Positions 17,791-28,872 are shown, numbered from the stretch's first letter. The stretch is 32,000 bases of DNA from Breznakia sp. PF5-3 (GCF_029504745.1 NZ_JAQFIQ010000011.1:1-32000), one strand, 5' to 3'. Notes: generated from the sequence alone by a model not told the origin. Numbers and translations are program-made.

Positions 17791-18897
17791 TTATTTAAAG
17801 GTTAGTTTGATATTTACAATTTCTGCATTACTACCAATACGCATGGGGATACCCCAAGTACCTGCTCCAGAGCTTGTGATTAGAGGATAGGGTTCTTTAT
17901 CGAAACCATAGCCATTTTTATATACCAATGGAACAATAAAGTTAGCAGGGAAGATTTGACCATTGTGAGTATGACCAGATAATTGTAAATCAATTGCATC
18001 ATATTCATCCACAATTGGTTGATGGTCTAAAACAATTATTGGCTTTGATACATCAATGTCTTTTAATAGGGTCGATAGAGATTTACGGTTTTTATGTTTA
18101 CGGATATCCAAGCGACCAACAATTGTAAATGCATTCTCAATGGTAATACTCTCATCTTCTAAAATATGAATATTACTTTGTTTTAAAATGTTGTTGTAGC
18201 GACTTTGGCTTTCACTATAAAATTCATGATTTCCATAAATATAATAACTTCCATATGTTGCTTTCATTTGCTTGAAGTAGGGAATAGATGATTGTAATTG
18301 TTGTTTACTAGTATTTTCATCAAATATATCACCACCATATAAAATAATATCTGGATGTATAGAATTTACTTTATCAACGATGTTCTTTAATTCATCATGA
18401 TGGATAGAATTACCTAGATGAAGATCACTTATATAAATAATGTTTAAAGCATCTTGTTTACTTTGTTTTTCAATTTGATAAGTATATGTAGTCACCTTGA
18501 TTTGCTTTGCATGGATATTTCCATAAATTGAAACAATAATAGAAATACATACACATAAAAACATATATCGTTTTGCTTGAAAGATAGAGAAAGTACGTCT
18601 TTGTTTACGATAGATGAAATGTAAGATATCACCAAGGATAAAAAACAGAAAAGAAAAAATAATCAAAGCTAAATAAATCCCTGTGGTAAATAAAACGGTT
18701 TGCATCAACCATGAAGTTGTTTCAATGATTGAAAGGTGAACAAAGCGTAAGACAAAGATAATTTGTAAAGTGATGAAAGCGATATAGATTCCATAGTACA
18801 TCATAGAGTGTCGCTTACATAAGCGGGTATATTTATTAGCTGTATATAACGTTATTAGTAACAATACAAATAACGTTCCTAATTTGAATAAAAACAT
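17791..18897 (-). CDS. membrane-anchored metallophosphoesterase (YkuE-like calcineurin fold)
   Basis: N-terminal ~4 TM helices followed by the motifs DLHLG, GGDIFD, GNHE and GHTHNGQ. Confidence 0.8.
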   Translation of the reverse strand: MFLFKLGTLFVLLLITLYTANKYTRLCKRHSMMYYGIYIAFITLQIIFVLRFVHLSIIETTSWLMQTVLFTTGIYLALIIFSFLFFILGDILHFIYRKQRRTFSIFQAKRYMFLCVCISIIVSIYGNIHAKQIKVTTYTYQIEKQSKQDALNIIYISDLHLGNSIHHDELKNIVDKVNSIHPDIILYGGDIFDENTSKQQLQSSIPYFKQMKATYGSYYIYGNHEFYSESQSRYNNILKQSNIHILEDESITIENAFTIVGRLDIRKHKNRKSLSTLLKDIDVSKPIIVLDHQPIVDEYDAIDLQLSGHTHNGQIFPANFIVPLVYKNGYGFDKEPYPLITSSGAGTWGIPMRIGSNAEIVNIKLTFK

Positions 18898-18920
18898 AAA
18901 AACTCCTTTTTCCTATAGTA

Positions 18921-18953
18921 ACATAAAAGAAAAACTGTTTTACAACAGTTTTA
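18921..18953 (-). terminator. intrinsic terminator after the lipoprotein gene
   Basis: Minus strand reads AAAACTGTT-gtaa-AACAGTTTT followed by TCTTTTAT, starting at the stop codon. Confidence 0.5.
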
Positions 18954-19400
18954 CTTACATTCTCCACCTTGAACTTCTTTGAAATTCTTTTTTGCTGCTT
19001 TTAAGCTAACATATTTCTTGTCGCCATCTTCTTTGATGATTGCTTCAGAAATAATACCTTCTTGAACAAGGTCATCCAATTTACCTTCATCTAAATCAAT
19101 GTCGATTGAGATGGTCATCTTATCATCCGTTACTTTCGTCGTTGGTGTTACACCTTTGATTTTACCTAGACCTTCTTTAGATGTTTTCGCAAAAGTTTTT
19201 GCTTCTTTTTTGGTAATGCCTGATGCTTCTAAATCAAAGGCTACCGTTTGTTTGATTGCAACAACTTCATCATCTTTTGCCTCGTATTCATTAACGTACA
19301 TATCGTCGTTGAATGAACAAGTTGTTGTCTTTGTATTACTTCCACAAGCTGCGACAAAGAATAAAGAGACAAAAAGTAATTTTATAATATTTTTCTTCAT
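18951..19400 (-). CDS. small lipoprotein (possibly YehR/DUF1307-like)
   Basis: Signal peptide plus lipobox (LFVSLFFVAAC); 149 aa, Lys/Asp/Glu-rich. The family call is tentative. Confidence 0.65.
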   Translation of the reverse strand: MKKNIIKLLFVSLFFVAACGSNTKTTTCSFNDDMYVNEYEAKDDEVVAIKQTVAFDLEASGITKKEAKTFAKTSKEGLGKIKGVTPTTKVTDDKMTISIDIDLDEGKLDDLVQEGIISEAIIKEDGDKKYVSLKAAKKNFKEVQGGECK

Positions 19401-19455
19401 ACTATTCTCCTTCTGTACTATTATACCAAAAAAAATTGAATTGTATAATTATTTT

Positions 19456-20193
19456 TTATGTGTGGAAGCGGGTTAAGAAGGCTTTTGTTCGTTCATTCTT
19501 TGGAGCATGAAAAACTTCTTCAGGAGTTCCTTCTTCGGCAATGACACCTTGATCCATGAAGATAACACGGTTGGATACATCTTTAGCAAATTGCATCTCA
19601 TGGGTAACAATGGCCATGGTTAAACCTTCTTTTGCTAGATCTTTCATAATCTTTAAAACATCACCAACCATTTCAGGATCTAAAGCACTGGTTGGTTCAT
19701 CAAAAAGTAATACTTCAGGTTCCATGCAAAGCGCTCTAGCAATTGCTACACGTTGTTTTTGACCACCAGATAGTTGAACACTACCAGCATTGGCAAATTG
19801 CTTCATACCTACTTTATCTAAGTAATAGAGGGCTTTTTCTTTTGCTTCTGCTTTACTTCGTTTTAATACTTTTACTTGCCCAATCATACAATTTTCTAAA
19901 ACGGTTTTGTTGTTGAAGAGATTAAAACTTTGAAATACCATTCCTACATGAGTACGCAATTCATTTACTTCAATTTCATCTTCAATAATATTTTTACCAT
20001 GAAATAATATTTCTCCATGATCTGGTTTTTCTAATAAGTTGATACAACGTAATAACGTTGACTTACCACTTCCACTTGCTCCAATAATCGTAATCACTTC
20101 ACCTTTATCAATATGAAAGTTAATATCCTTTAATACTTTTAATTTATCAAAATGTTTTTCTAAATGGTTAATCGTAATAATTGTTTCAGCCAT
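19456..20193 (-). CDS. amino-acid ABC transporter ATP-binding protein (GlnQ-type)
   Basis: Walker [10 protein letters not shown], signature [15 protein letters not shown], Walker [12 protein letters not shown]. The start at [13 protein letters not shown] (20193) lies one nt after the permease stop. Confidence 0.9.
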   Translation of the reverse strand: MAETIITINHLEKHFDKLKVLKDINFHIDKGEVITIIGASGSGKSTLLRCINLLEKPDHGEILFHGKNIIEDEIEVNELRTHVGMVFQSFNLFNNKTVLENCMIGQVKVLKRSKAEAKEKALYYLDKVGMKQFANAGSVQLSGGQKQRVAIARALCMEPEVLLFDEPTSALDPEMVGDVLKIMKDLAKEGLTMAIVTHEMQFAKDVSNRVIFMDQGVIAEEGTPEEVFHAPKNERTKAFLTRFHT

Positions 20194-20194
20194 A

Positions 20195-21739
20195 TTATGC
20201 TTCCTCGCTTTCGATATTTTGGGGTACATGATTTAATCGTTTTTCAACAAAATTCAAAATCAATGTTGCAACCGAAGTTAAAAGTAAATAAATAATACTT
20301 GTGATAAAGAATGTTTCTGTAAATAACATCACACTTCCAGCTACTGATGAAGATTGGAAATATAATTCAATAAGACCAATTACATTCAACATACTACTAT
20401 CTTTGATATTTACGATTAATTGATTTCCAATTGAAGGGAAAGAGTTTTTAATCGCTTGCGGAAGAATGATATTAAACATCGTTTGTGTATTGTTCATTCC
20501 AATACTACGTGCTCCTTCACTTTGTCCACGATCCACTGCCTGAATACCAGAGCGGATAATCTCTGCCATATAAGCACCTGTATTGATGGAAATAATTACA
20601 ATTCCAGCAGTCAATGCATTCCAGTGGAGGATTGGTCTAAAGATAGAATATAAGAAGATTGCTTGTACCATCATAGGAGTTCCTCTAAAAATCCATACAT
20701 AAAGACTTACAAAACCATGGGCAATTCTTTTTAATCCTTTAACAAGGGTACTATCTTTGTCATCTACTTCTACTGCACGAACTCCACCAAGGATTAAACC
20801 AATGATAAGACCACATAAGGTACCAACAATGGATAACAATAAAGTAATTTGAATTCCATATAAGAATAGTGACCAGTTGTTTTCAAAAATCCATCCAACT
20901 TTACCAAAGAAGTTTGTTGGAACTCCTTCTTTTGGTTGTAGTTTTGTGGATAATTTCATCATTTCACTACGATCAGCTGCTGATATTTTATCTAAGGAAG
21001 CTTGGACATCGTTAAAGAACTTTGTACCTCGTGTACCATCTTTTAAACCAATGGAAACAGATGTATCCACATTGAATCCTTTTCCTTTAGCAAAGGTAGT
21101 AATGGCTAAATCATCGTTGGTTTCAAGAACTCCTTCAGCTACTGGCATTTCGGCTGTAATCCCATCTACTTCTTTGTTTTGTAACGCCAAAAGCATTTCT
21201 GGATACGTCGCTTTTGGAGTAGCATGATCAACGCCTTTAATCTGATCGATGATTTCATCATAAGTTGTATTTTTTTGTCCGATTACGGTTTTACCACTAA
21301 AATCTTGAATCGATGAAGCTTTTTCCTCAGCACTGTCTTTACGAACAATCATAACCATTTCAGATTCATAATATGGTGTTGTAAAGTCAATTCCATTTTC
21401 ACGCTCATCATTGGCTGTCATACCAGCGATGATGGCATCGATTTCACCAGATTCAAGCGCTGGTTGTAAACCATCCCATGATAATTTCTTAATCACCAGT
21501 TCACGATCTAAATCATCGGCAATCTTTTGGGAAATCATAACATCATACCCATCACAGTACCCAGCGCTACCAATCGCTACCGCACTCTCTGTTTCGGTGT
21601 TTGTCTGCCAGTTGAATGGTGCATAATTACATTCCATTCCAACCGTGAAAGTTTCTTGTTTCTTTTCTGCTGCTACAAGTTGTATGAATCCTGTAAAGAG
21701 AATCCCACAAACAAGTAAAACTTTTGTTAGCTTTTTCAT
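20195..21739 (-). CDS. fused substrate-binding domain + permease of a polar amino-acid ABC transporter (candidate lysine importer)
   Basis: Signal peptide [15 protein letters not shown], a ~270-aa type-3 SBP domain, then a permease with the coupling loop [35 protein letters not shown] at 21739 with GGAGG upstream. A lysine riboswitch precedes it. Confidence 0.85.
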   Translation of the reverse strand: MKKLTKVLLVCGILFTGFIQLVAAEKKQETFTVGMECNYAPFNWQTNTETESAVAIGSAGYCDGYDVMISQKIADDLDRELVIKKLSWDGLQPALESGEIDAIIAGMTANDERENGIDFTTPYYESEMVMIVRKDSAEEKASSIQDFSGKTVIGQKNTTYDEIIDQIKGVDHATPKATYPEMLLALQNKEVDGITAEMPVAEGVLETNDDLAITTFAKGKGFNVDTSVSIGLKDGTRGTKFFNDVQASLDKISAADRSEMMKLSTKLQPKEGVPTNFFGKVGWIFENNWSLFLYGIQITLLLSIVGTLCGLIIGLILGGVRAVEVDDKDSTLVKGLKRIAHGFVSLYVWIFRGTPMMVQAIFLYSIFRPILHWNALTAGIVIISINTGAYMAEIIRSGIQAVDRGQSEGARSIGMNNTQTMFNIILPQAIKNSFPSIGNQLIVNIKDSSMLNVIGLIELYFQSSSVAGSVMLFTETFFITSIIYLLLTSVATLILNFVEKRLNHVPQNIESEEA

Positions 21740-21759
21740 TTCTATTCCTCCCAATCATT

Positions 21760-21964
21760 AAAAAACGTCAATAAGAACCCACTCTTATTGACGTTATCAA
21801 CCTCATTTAAGATAGTGCTCCTACAAAATGTAGACAGTGCTATAGATATTCTCTATAGTCCCACAACTCATATATGCCTATGTGAATCATTCGGCAGATA
21901 ACTCCTAAGTAATGTGTCTAACGAATGCCTTCTTCACATCACGTCTTAGTATCTGCGCCTCTAT
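21760..21964 (-). promoter_or_regulatory. lysine riboswitch (L-box) with terminator expression platform
   Basis: The minus-strand leader reads AGAGGCGCAG...GGAGTTATCTGCCGAATG...GTTGTGGGACT...AGCACTGTCTAC...GGAGCACTATC. These match the conserved L-box blocks (GAGGCGC, UGCCGAA, UGGGA, CACUGUC, GGAGxxCUAUC). The hairpin AACGTCAATAAGAgtgggTTCTTATTGACGTT plus TTTTT (21760-21796) follows, just before the RBS. Confidence 0.7.
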
Positions 21965-22155
21965 CGATATTTAATTGTTAGGTTTATTATAGCAGTTAAT
22001 GAAAATAGTGCAAGGATTTCAATGGTAATGAGAAAACTTAGATTTTATGAATATGTCTTTGTATTTTTAGTATCTGAGAAATTGTGTACATATTCATGGA
22101 AAAAAATGATGATAAATGATATTATAATAACGTTTATAAAACGAAGGAGATAACA

Positions 22156-23697
22156 ATGGCAGATAAGATTATTGTGTTAGACTTTGGTAGTCAATATAAT
22201 CAGTTAATAGCTCGAAGAATACGAGAGTTTGGTGTTTATAGTGAATTGCATTCACATGAGATGACACTAGCAGAAATAAAAGCTTTGGGTGATGTAAAAG
22301 GGATTATTTTTAGTGGTGGTCCCAATAGTGTATATGATGAAGATGCGTTTAAGTGTGATCCAGCAATTTATGATTCAGGGATTCCGATTTTAGGAATTTG
22401 TTATGGAATGCAAATGACCCATTTCATGAACGGAGGAAGTGTAAAAGCTTGTGCTTCTAAAGAGTATGGAAGAACCGAAATAGAGATTGAAACAGGTTCT
22501 TTATTGTTTAAAGGATTGCCTAAAAAACAAGTTGTTTGGATGTCACATGGAGATCAAGTATCAAGTTTAGCTAATGGTTTTCAAAAAGATGCTTTCAGTG
22601 ATACATGTGTGTTTGCAGCTACTAGTAATCCAGAAAAACAAATCTATACATTGCAGTTCCATCCAGAAGTAAGACATTCTGAGTATGGGAATGATATTTT
22701 AAAAAACTTTGTATTTGAAGTTTGTAAAGCAAAAAATAACTGGTCAATGCATGATTTTATCGATGTGGAAATAAAGAAGATTCGTGAACAAGTAGGAAAT
22801 GATAAGGTGTTGCTTGCCTTAAGTGGAGGAGTAGATTCATCGGTTGTTGCAGCACTGTTGCATAAAGCAATTGGTGATCAATTGTATTGTATGTTTATTG
22901 ATCATGGATTGTTGCGTAAGGGCGAAGCAGAAAGCGTTATGGAGATGTTTGGGAAAGAGATGAATATTAACCTTACCAAAATAGATGCCCGTGAGAGGTT
23001 CTTATCTAAGCTTAAGGGAGTAAGTGACCCTGAACAAAAAAGAAAGATTATAGGTAATGAGTTTGTGTATACATTTGATGAAGAAGTAAAGAAGCTTGTA
23101 GCTGGTGAAGATATTAAATGGTTAGCACAAGGAACTCTGTATACTGATGTAATTGAATCAGGAACAAAAACAGCTCAAACAATTAAATCACATCATAATG
23201 TTGGTGGTTTACCAGAAGATATGCAATTTAAGTTGATTGAGCCATTGAATACATTATTTAAAGATGAAGTTCGTGAACTAGGAAGTGAGTTAGGTTTACC
23301 TGAATCAATGGTTTGGAGACAACCATTCCCAGGACCAGGACTTGGGATTCGAGTATTAGGAGAAATAACCGAAGCGAAACTTGAAATCGTAAGAGATTCA
23401 GATTTAATCTTAAGAGAAGAAATAGCAAAAGCTGGACTTGAAAGAGATATTTGGCAATACTTTACATGTCTTCCAGATATTCGCTCTGTTGGTGTCATGG
23501 GGGATCAAAGAACATACGATTATACAGTTGCAGTTAGAGCAGTTACTTCGATTGATGGAATGACATCAGATTGGGCTAAGATTCCTTATGAGGTATTAGA
23601 TGCTATATCTAGAAGAATTGTAAATGAGGTGGTTCATGTGAATAGGGTAGTGTATGACATTACAAGTAAACCTCCTTCAACGATAGAGTGGGAGTAG
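22156..23697 (+). CDS. guaA: glutamine-hydrolysing GMP synthase
   Basis: GATase domain ([12 protein letters not shown]), PP-loop [10 protein letters not shown] and a conserved C-terminus ending PPSTIEWE; 513 aa. Confidence 0.95.
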   Translation: MADKIIVLDFGSQYNQLIARRIREFGVYSELHSHEMTLAEIKALGDVKGIIFSGGPNSVYDEDAFKCDPAIYDSGIPILGICYGMQMTHFMNGGSVKACASKEYGRTEIEIETGSLLFKGLPKKQVVWMSHGDQVSSLANGFQKDAFSDTCVFAATSNPEKQIYTLQFHPEVRHSEYGNDILKNFVFEVCKAKNNWSMHDFIDVEIKKIREQVGNDKVLLALSGGVDSSVVAALLHKAIGDQLYCMFIDHGLLRKGEAESVMEMFGKEMNINLTKIDARERFLSKLKGVSDPEQKRKIIGNEFVYTFDEEVKKLVAGEDIKWLAQGTLYTDVIESGTKTAQTIKSHHNVGGLPEDMQFKLIEPLNTLFKDEVRELGSELGLPESMVWRQPFPGPGLGIRVLGEITEAKLEIVRDSDLILREEIAKAGLERDIWQYFTCLPDIRSVGVMGDQRTYDYTVAVRAVTSIDGMTSDWAKIPYEVLDAISRRIVNEVVHVNRVVYDITSKPPSTIEWE

Positions 23698-23936
23698 AAA
23701 AAGCCAATTTTTAAGTTAAATAGGAGTCTATAATATGAAAAAATGTAGAAATGACACCGAACGACGAAGTTTCGGATTAGTATGTCAGAGACTCTCTAAT
23801 TTAAGGGATTATGTGAATTGTACTATTAACAATGGAGAGCTAAATGACTAGAAGAGATAACGATACAAGGTTATAAGAATATAAGCATTTATAAAGTTAG
23901 CAGAAGAAGATTTGAAATAATTGAATTATTTTAATA

Positions 23937-23945
23937 TGGTATAAT
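23937..23945 (+). promoter_or_regulatory. extended -10 promoter (TGgTATAAT) for the DUF262-HEPN pair
   Basis: tggtataat lies about 30 nt upstream of the ATG at 23976, which has the RBS GAGGAGG. Confidence 0.5.
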
Positions 23946-23975
23946 AAAGCAAATGAAAATTGAGGAGGACAGAAA

Positions 23976-25106
23976 ATGGAAACAGAAAATTTTGAAGTGT
24001 TAGAAGAAGAACAACAACCATATTCTAATGACGATTTATATAATATAAGCTCATGGGGAGCAGATTTAACGTTTAGAGAACTTATTCAAATGTACGACGA
24101 GGGCGATTTGATTAAGCCGGAGTTACAGAGAAAGTATGTTTGGACCAAGGATGAAGCAAGTCGTTTTATAGACTCCATTTTATTAGGACTGCCAGTTCCA
24201 AGTATTTTTTTAGCTGTTGATGATGATGAAAGAAGATTAATTGTTGATGGATATCAACGTATAATGAGTGCTCGTGATTATGTGCGAGGTGTTTTTACAT
24301 CAGATGAAAAATTATTTAGATTATCGGATAAGGAAATTATTAATTCTAGGTGGCGTGGGAAAAGCTTTGAAGAACTTGAAGCTGAAGAAAAAAGAAGGAT
24401 AAGAACTACAACAATTCATGCAATTATATTTGAGCAAAAATATCCTAATAACGATACAGGAATGTATCAAATATTTGAAAGAATAAATACAAGTGGAAAA
24501 ACTCTTAAACCGCAAGAAATTAGAAATTGTGTTTATCAAGGGAGTTTCAATGAACTATTGTTTGAATTGAATAGATTGTCAGTTTGGAGAACAATTGTTG
24601 GGTCTGAAAAAGAAGATCCAAGAATGTACGATATGGAGCTTATACTACGTTTCTTTGCTATTTGTGACATAAAAAATAGTGATGAGTTTCAAGAAAAGCA
24701 GATAAACTTAACTAAATTTTTGAATGTTTACATGGGCAAAAACAAAAATTTGAATGACGATTCATCAACAGCTTTAAAAAATCGTTTTTTATGTGTAATG
24801 ACGATTGCTAGAGAATTATTTGGTCAGAGTGTTTTCAGAAGGTATAATGAGAAAACTTCAAAGTTTGCTAAGTCGATTCACCCCATTACTTTTGAGGCTA
24901 TATCAGTAAGTATTTATTTTGCTCATAAAGAGGGATACGATTTTAATTCAATTGATAACTATTCCGAAAGATATCACGAATTATTGCAAAATGATGCTTT
25001 CATTGATGCTACTAGTGTAAGGACAACTAATGTAGAGAACATTAAGCAAAGAATTAAAATTGCTTTAAAAATATTATTTGGTATGGAATATGACTGGGGA
25101 AATTAA
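23976..25106 (+). CDS. DUF262 (ParB-like nuclease/NTPase superfamily, GmrSD N-terminal type) protein
   Basis: N-terminal pattern LIKPELQRKYVWTKDEASRFIDSILLGLPVPSIFL...LIVDGYQRI (a QR...W...DGxQR core); 376 aa, no DUF1524/HNH tail. Confidence 0.8.
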   Translation: METENFEVLEEEQQPYSNDDLYNISSWGADLTFRELIQMYDEGDLIKPELQRKYVWTKDEASRFIDSILLGLPVPSIFLAVDDDERRLIVDGYQRIMSARDYVRGVFTSDEKLFRLSDKEIINSRWRGKSFEELEAEEKRRIRTTTIHAIIFEQKYPNNDTGMYQIFERINTSGKTLKPQEIRNCVYQGSFNELLFELNRLSVWRTIVGSEKEDPRMYDMELILRFFAICDIKNSDEFQEKQINLTKFLNVYMGKNKNLNDDSSTALKNRFLCVMTIARELFGQSVFRRYNEKTSKFAKSIHPITFEAISVSIYFAHKEGYDFNSIDNYSERYHELLQNDAFIDATSVRTTNVENIKQRIKIALKILFGMEYDWGN

Positions 25107-25569
25107 TAATGCTTTCAATGATGTAGATAACGAGCTGAAAAATATTAGAAAATACATAAATAAAAATAAATTTGATGTTAATACAAAATATCTCATATCA
25201 TATGCGGTTGTTAGAGCATGTGGTACAATAGAGACTGTTTACAAAAAACTCGTTCATGATTTTTTGACTGATGGAGCGAAACCTGAAACAGGTCAATATT
25301 TATCGAAAATAATCATCGATAGCTCAAGTAATCCTAAAACAGGGAATATAGAAAAAATGTTAACTGATATAAATTCTAAACTATGTAATGATTTTAAAAG
25401 TAGAATTAGCAACCAGGAAAAATCTGACCTAAACTCATTAGTTCAGAATAGAAATGACTTTGCTCATGGAAGAACAGTTACTATTTCGATAGAAATAGTA
25501 ATAAAGTATTTTGCATCATCAAAAAAAATTATAGTTGACTTAAAAGAAACACTAGATAAAATAGTGTGA
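25090..25569 (+). CDS. HEPN-domain protein (MAE_28990/MAE_18760-like), partner of the DUF262 gene
   Basis: All-helical ~160 aa with the Rx4H motif RNDFAH at 25450-25467. It overlaps the DUF262 stop by 17 nt (ATG 25090; a TTG at 25078 is also possible). Confidence 0.65.
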   Translation: MTGEINNAFNDVDNELKNIRKYINKNKFDVNTKYLISYAVVRACGTIETVYKKLVHDFLTDGAKPETGQYLSKIIIDSSSNPKTGNIEKMLTDINSKLCNDFKSRISNQEKSDLNSLVQNRNDFAHGRTVTISIEIVIKYFASSKKIIVDLKETLDKIV

Positions 25570-26073
25570 TAGCAATTTGATAACAATCAATAATAGTGTA
25601 ACGAATATTAAAGAATATAAAATGGTGTATAACATCATAAACTCGTTTATATCCATTCAATATACTATAATATTAATTGGAAGGAAGTAATATAAAAGTT
25701 TTATTTTTAAGCGTTATTTAACTTCAAAGTGGAACACCTAGGTAGTTATGATTATTTACTTAAATGCAGGTGATTCTAACTCCCCATTTTTATTTTGCAA
25801 ATCAGTTCATGATATGCAAAAAACAGTAGGAATGACATTAAAAGAGGAGTTGCAAAGTTTCGTGTAGGAGCATTAGAGAATATTTTGTTTAGTGAGTTGT
25901 GTGAACTTTGTTACAAGCAATGTAGAGTAAAAGGATTAGAAGAGGTTACATTGAAAGTGTTTATGTCAAGTGAAAAGTACCCCACCGTTGCCGTTGAAAA
26001 AGGGACCACTACGTTTAAAAAAGAACCCATATCATATGGATTAATGGCTTCTTTTTTATAAGATTAGATTATT

Positions 26074-26826
26074 CTATTTTTGATTATTATCCACACCTAA
26101 CCAATCTTGTGTCTTTTTGATTCGATAGCTTTCTCCACGCATATCTATAACGTGTGACTTATAAGCTAGTCTGTCAATAATCGCACCAGTTAGCACTGGA
26201 TCCTTAAATGTTTCTTCCCATCTATCGAAAGCTAAATTTGTAGTGATGATAATGCTCCCTTTATCATTTCGGTTAGAAAGCAGATTGAAGAGCATTTCGC
26301 TTCCATCCTTATCAAAGGATACATATCCTAGTTCATCTAATATCACCAAATCATATTTTTCGAATCTACGTTTAAATAATGTCATTTGACTAAGGCTATA
26401 TGCTTCCTTCATTTCTGTCACTAAATTTGGAACACTGGAAAATAATACAGTATGCCCTTTCGTACACGCTTCTATGCCAAGTGCTACTGCATAATGTGTT
26501 TTGCCTGTTCCTGGATTACCTATCAATATGATATTCTCTTTCCGTTTTATAAATGACAGATCAGTAAGCGTTTTTAGCTTTTCTTTTACCTCTGCTTTAT
26601 ATGGTTTGAATTCAAAGTCCACTATGTATTTTTTGTTAGTGAATCGTGCTCGTTGTATTCTTTTTGTAATTCCTGTTTCTGCTCGTAAGTCTATTTCATT
26701 TTGCAGTAATTCCTCTATAACTTCTTCAATTTCTAATCCTCTCTGCTTTGCTTCTTCAATAAATTGTTTGTGATTATGCCGTGTATACGGTAATCGCAAA
26801 TCATATGCTAATGTTTCAATTGACAT
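26074..26826 (-). CDS. istB: IS21 helper ATPase IstB
   Basis: Walker A GNPGTGKTH, Walker B LVILDELGY, 250 aa; overlaps the istA end by 19 nt. Confidence 0.9.
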   Translation of the reverse strand: MSIETLAYDLRLPYTRHNHKQFIEEAKQRGLEIEEVIEELLQNEIDLRAETGITKRIQRARFTNKKYIVDFEFKPYKAEVKEKLKTLTDLSFIKRKENIILIGNPGTGKTHYAVALGIEACTKGHTVLFSSVPNLVTEMKEAYSLSQMTLFKRRFEKYDLVILDELGYVSFDKDGSEMLFNLLSNRNDKGSIIITTNLAFDRWEETFKDPVLTGAIIDRLAYKSHVIDMRGESYRIKKTQDWLGVDNNQK

Positions 26827-28292
26827 GTTTCTTCTCCTTCCTTTTCTTGCTGTAAACCAAACATTTGATTCAGTTTTATTAACTCCGTTTTTACTGCATC
26901 CTTTACTTCATTTGATTTGCTAACCATGACTTTATTCGTTGCTTTATTTACCAGTAAATCTGGTAGTTCACTAATGTGTTTGTCTGTGTTTTTTAATAAT
27001 ATCTCTATGAATTCTCTTTCATTTTGTTTAAAATAGGTTTGATAGATGGATAATAACTGTGGGCATTGCTTCAGTGCCAATGAATGCTTTAAGGCCCCCG
27101 GTTTGTTGCGTAATGTCTTTAGATAATGTTGTAATTCTAATTGATATTGACCAACTCCATCTATTTTTTTATGCGATTCAACATAGTTATTATTTGCATA
27201 GATATCATAATGATCATGATACTTCTTTACTTTAACGTTTTTCCCAACTAAGTAATCAGGGACAGAATAGTGGTTGTTATCCAAACATACGCAACTATAT
27301 TTATCCACTTTAGATTCCACGAGTACTGCTAATTCATAGGGTACTTTGTATCCTCTTAAACATTTCTTTTCTTCTTCAATTTTACAGTTTTGATTCATCA
27401 TCATTAGTCCTTCATGTAAATGTTCTTGTGCATGCTCCAGAGAAGTAAACTTGTACTTTTTTGTAAATAGTCGCTTCCTTATAATTTCTACCGTTCTCTC
27501 AACACTCCCTTTTTCATTTCCTGCGTATGCATTCGTTGTAGTGATATCAAAGCCATAATAGAGTGACATTTGAATCAATTGCGGATTCAGCTCCTTTTTA
27601 TGACCAATGAATTTAGATACAACATTGCGCATGTTGTCATAAACAACTTCTGCATATACTCCTTTCACCATTTTAAAGAAACGAACATGTGAATCCAAGA
27701 AGATATCCATTTTTTGATTCTTATATAAGTATCCCCACCGAAAACCACTAGCAGGGGCTGCAAAAGTAGCTAAGTGATATTTCACAACTTCTCCATTGAT
27801 ATATAGTTTAACTTCTCCAAAATCATATTCAACTCGCTCTCCATACTCATAGTCTTGACGAATGAAAGCTTCCTGTGCCTTTTCAATAATAGTTTTCCAG
27901 TAAGACATCATCGTTCGATAAGTAATATCAAACCCTTCATCAGTAATCATCTCATGCACACGACAACCATCAAGTTGCTGCTTGTGAGTCTTACCAAGAA
28001 GATTTGTTTTTTTCACTTCACCTTTCGCAATTTCTTCAAGTCGTCGAAGCAAGTGTGCTGTCATCTTCCGTGGTTTTCGGTTTGTGCTATCATATGATTT
28101 TACTTCAACTATGGTACGTATGATTTCATCTTTTTCTTCATTTGTTAGTTCCTCACTTTCTAATAGTTTTTGATTTGCATCGTATTCCTTACAAGTTCGC
28201 GTAATCGTTTTTCTGTTAATTCCTGTTTCCCTTTCAATGAATCGATAGTATTTCCCTTGTAAGTGCAACATAATAATTTCTCGTTTCTTCAT
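26808..28292 (-). CDS. istA: IS21 transposase IstA
   Basis: N-terminal HTH (MKKREIIMLHLQGKYYRFIERETGINRKTI) and a DDE core (EYDFGE..., YDNMRNVV). I chose the start at 28292, preceded by GGAGGTGAAGGAG; the tracked 28355 start lies in the terminal repeat. Confidence 0.9.
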   Translation of the reverse strand: MKKREIIMLHLQGKYYRFIERETGINRKTITRTCKEYDANQKLLESEELTNEEKDEIIRTIVEVKSYDSTNRKPRKMTAHLLRRLEEIAKGEVKKTNLLGKTHKQQLDGCRVHEMITDEGFDITYRTMMSYWKTIIEKAQEAFIRQDYEYGERVEYDFGEVKLYINGEVVKYHLATFAAPASGFRWGYLYKNQKMDIFLDSHVRFFKMVKGVYAEVVYDNMRNVVSKFIGHKKELNPQLIQMSLYYGFDITTTNAYAGNEKGSVERTVEIIRKRLFTKKYKFTSLEHAQEHLHEGLMMMNQNCKIEEEKKCLRGYKVPYELAVLVESKVDKYSCVCLDNNHYSVPDYLVGKNVKVKKYHDHYDIYANNNYVESHKKIDGVGQYQLELQHYLKTLRNKPGALKHSLALKQCPQLLSIYQTYFKQNEREFIEILLKNTDKHISELPDLLVNKATNKVMVSKSNEVKDAVKTELIKLNQMFGLQQEKEGEETCQLKH

Positions 28293-28872
28293 TAATTTCG
28301 TCACTCCTTCACCTCCGGATTTTATTATTTCATAGTCCAGAGTATAAAAAAACAAGTGGTCCCTTTTTCAACGGCAACATACCGTGAAAATGGTCCACTT
28401 TTAAATTACAACAAACAGAAAGACTATAAATTTTCTTGTGATTATTTTTTGAAGTATGCAGGAAAGGGATTGGTATGTTTAGAAATCAATCAGGAATTAA
28501 TTGATGATTATATACTTCACCATAAAGAAAAAGTTAGTGATGAATCAGTAAACTCTTATCAGTTTAAGATATCTCCTGTTATCCATTATGGCTACGATAG
28601 AGGCTCCATAAGAGATGAAATAACTAAACTAGGAGAAGATAAAAGAGGTTTATACAGGCTATGAGCTAAAACTATTATTAAAGAAACCAAAGAAGAAAAG
28701 TTTTGCTCAGTATAGAACCTAGGTAATTATCAATATTTTGATTTCTACAGGAATTAGAGCAAAGAAATTAAGAGAGTTATTAGTGTCAAGTATTGATTTG
28801 GAGAATAAAGTAATTTGTTTACCACATACAAAGAATAAAAAGGGTACTTACCTATAATTTTAACACTAAATG

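Larger units (their letters stand above)
25958..28417 (-). mobile_element. IS21-family insertion sequence (istA-istB) with terminal inverted repeats and 5-bp target duplication
   Basis: The ends TGTTTATGTCAAGTGAAAAGT...GTTGCCGTTGAAAAAGGGACCACT (25958-) and their reverse complement (...28417) are imperfect inverted repeats with repeated GGACCA(C/T)T blocks. GAAAG is present at 25953-25957 and 28418-28422. Confidence 0.85.

Noticed and set aside
17678-17890. 70-aa plus-strand ORF spanning the gap between rpoN and the metallophosphoesterase gene
   Set aside because: It overlaps the 5' end of rpoN and the 3' end of the neighbouring minus-strand gene, has no RBS and is hydrophobic shadow sequence.
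21965-22155. Possible purine riboswitch or Rex operator upstream of guaA (TTGTGTACATATTCATGG)
   Set aside because: I could not find the conserved purine-aptamer junction sequences. The Rex-like site matches only about 9 of 14 consensus positions of TTGTGAAnnnnTTCACAA.
23735-23851. 38-aa ORF (MKKCRNDTERRSFGLVCQRLSNLRDYVNCTINNGELND) with a TAGGAG RBS just after guaA
   Set aside because: It is plausible as a small protein but has no recognisable family, and the RBS-like and TATAAT-like strings are common in AT-rich spacers. The evidence is insufficient to call a gene.
28356-28664. 102-aa ORF listed as an independent gene
   Set aside because: Its first ~22 codons are read from the IS21 terminal repeat. 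The rest is the in-phase continuation of the integrase N-terminal domain interrupted by the IS, so it is annotated as part of the pseudogene.
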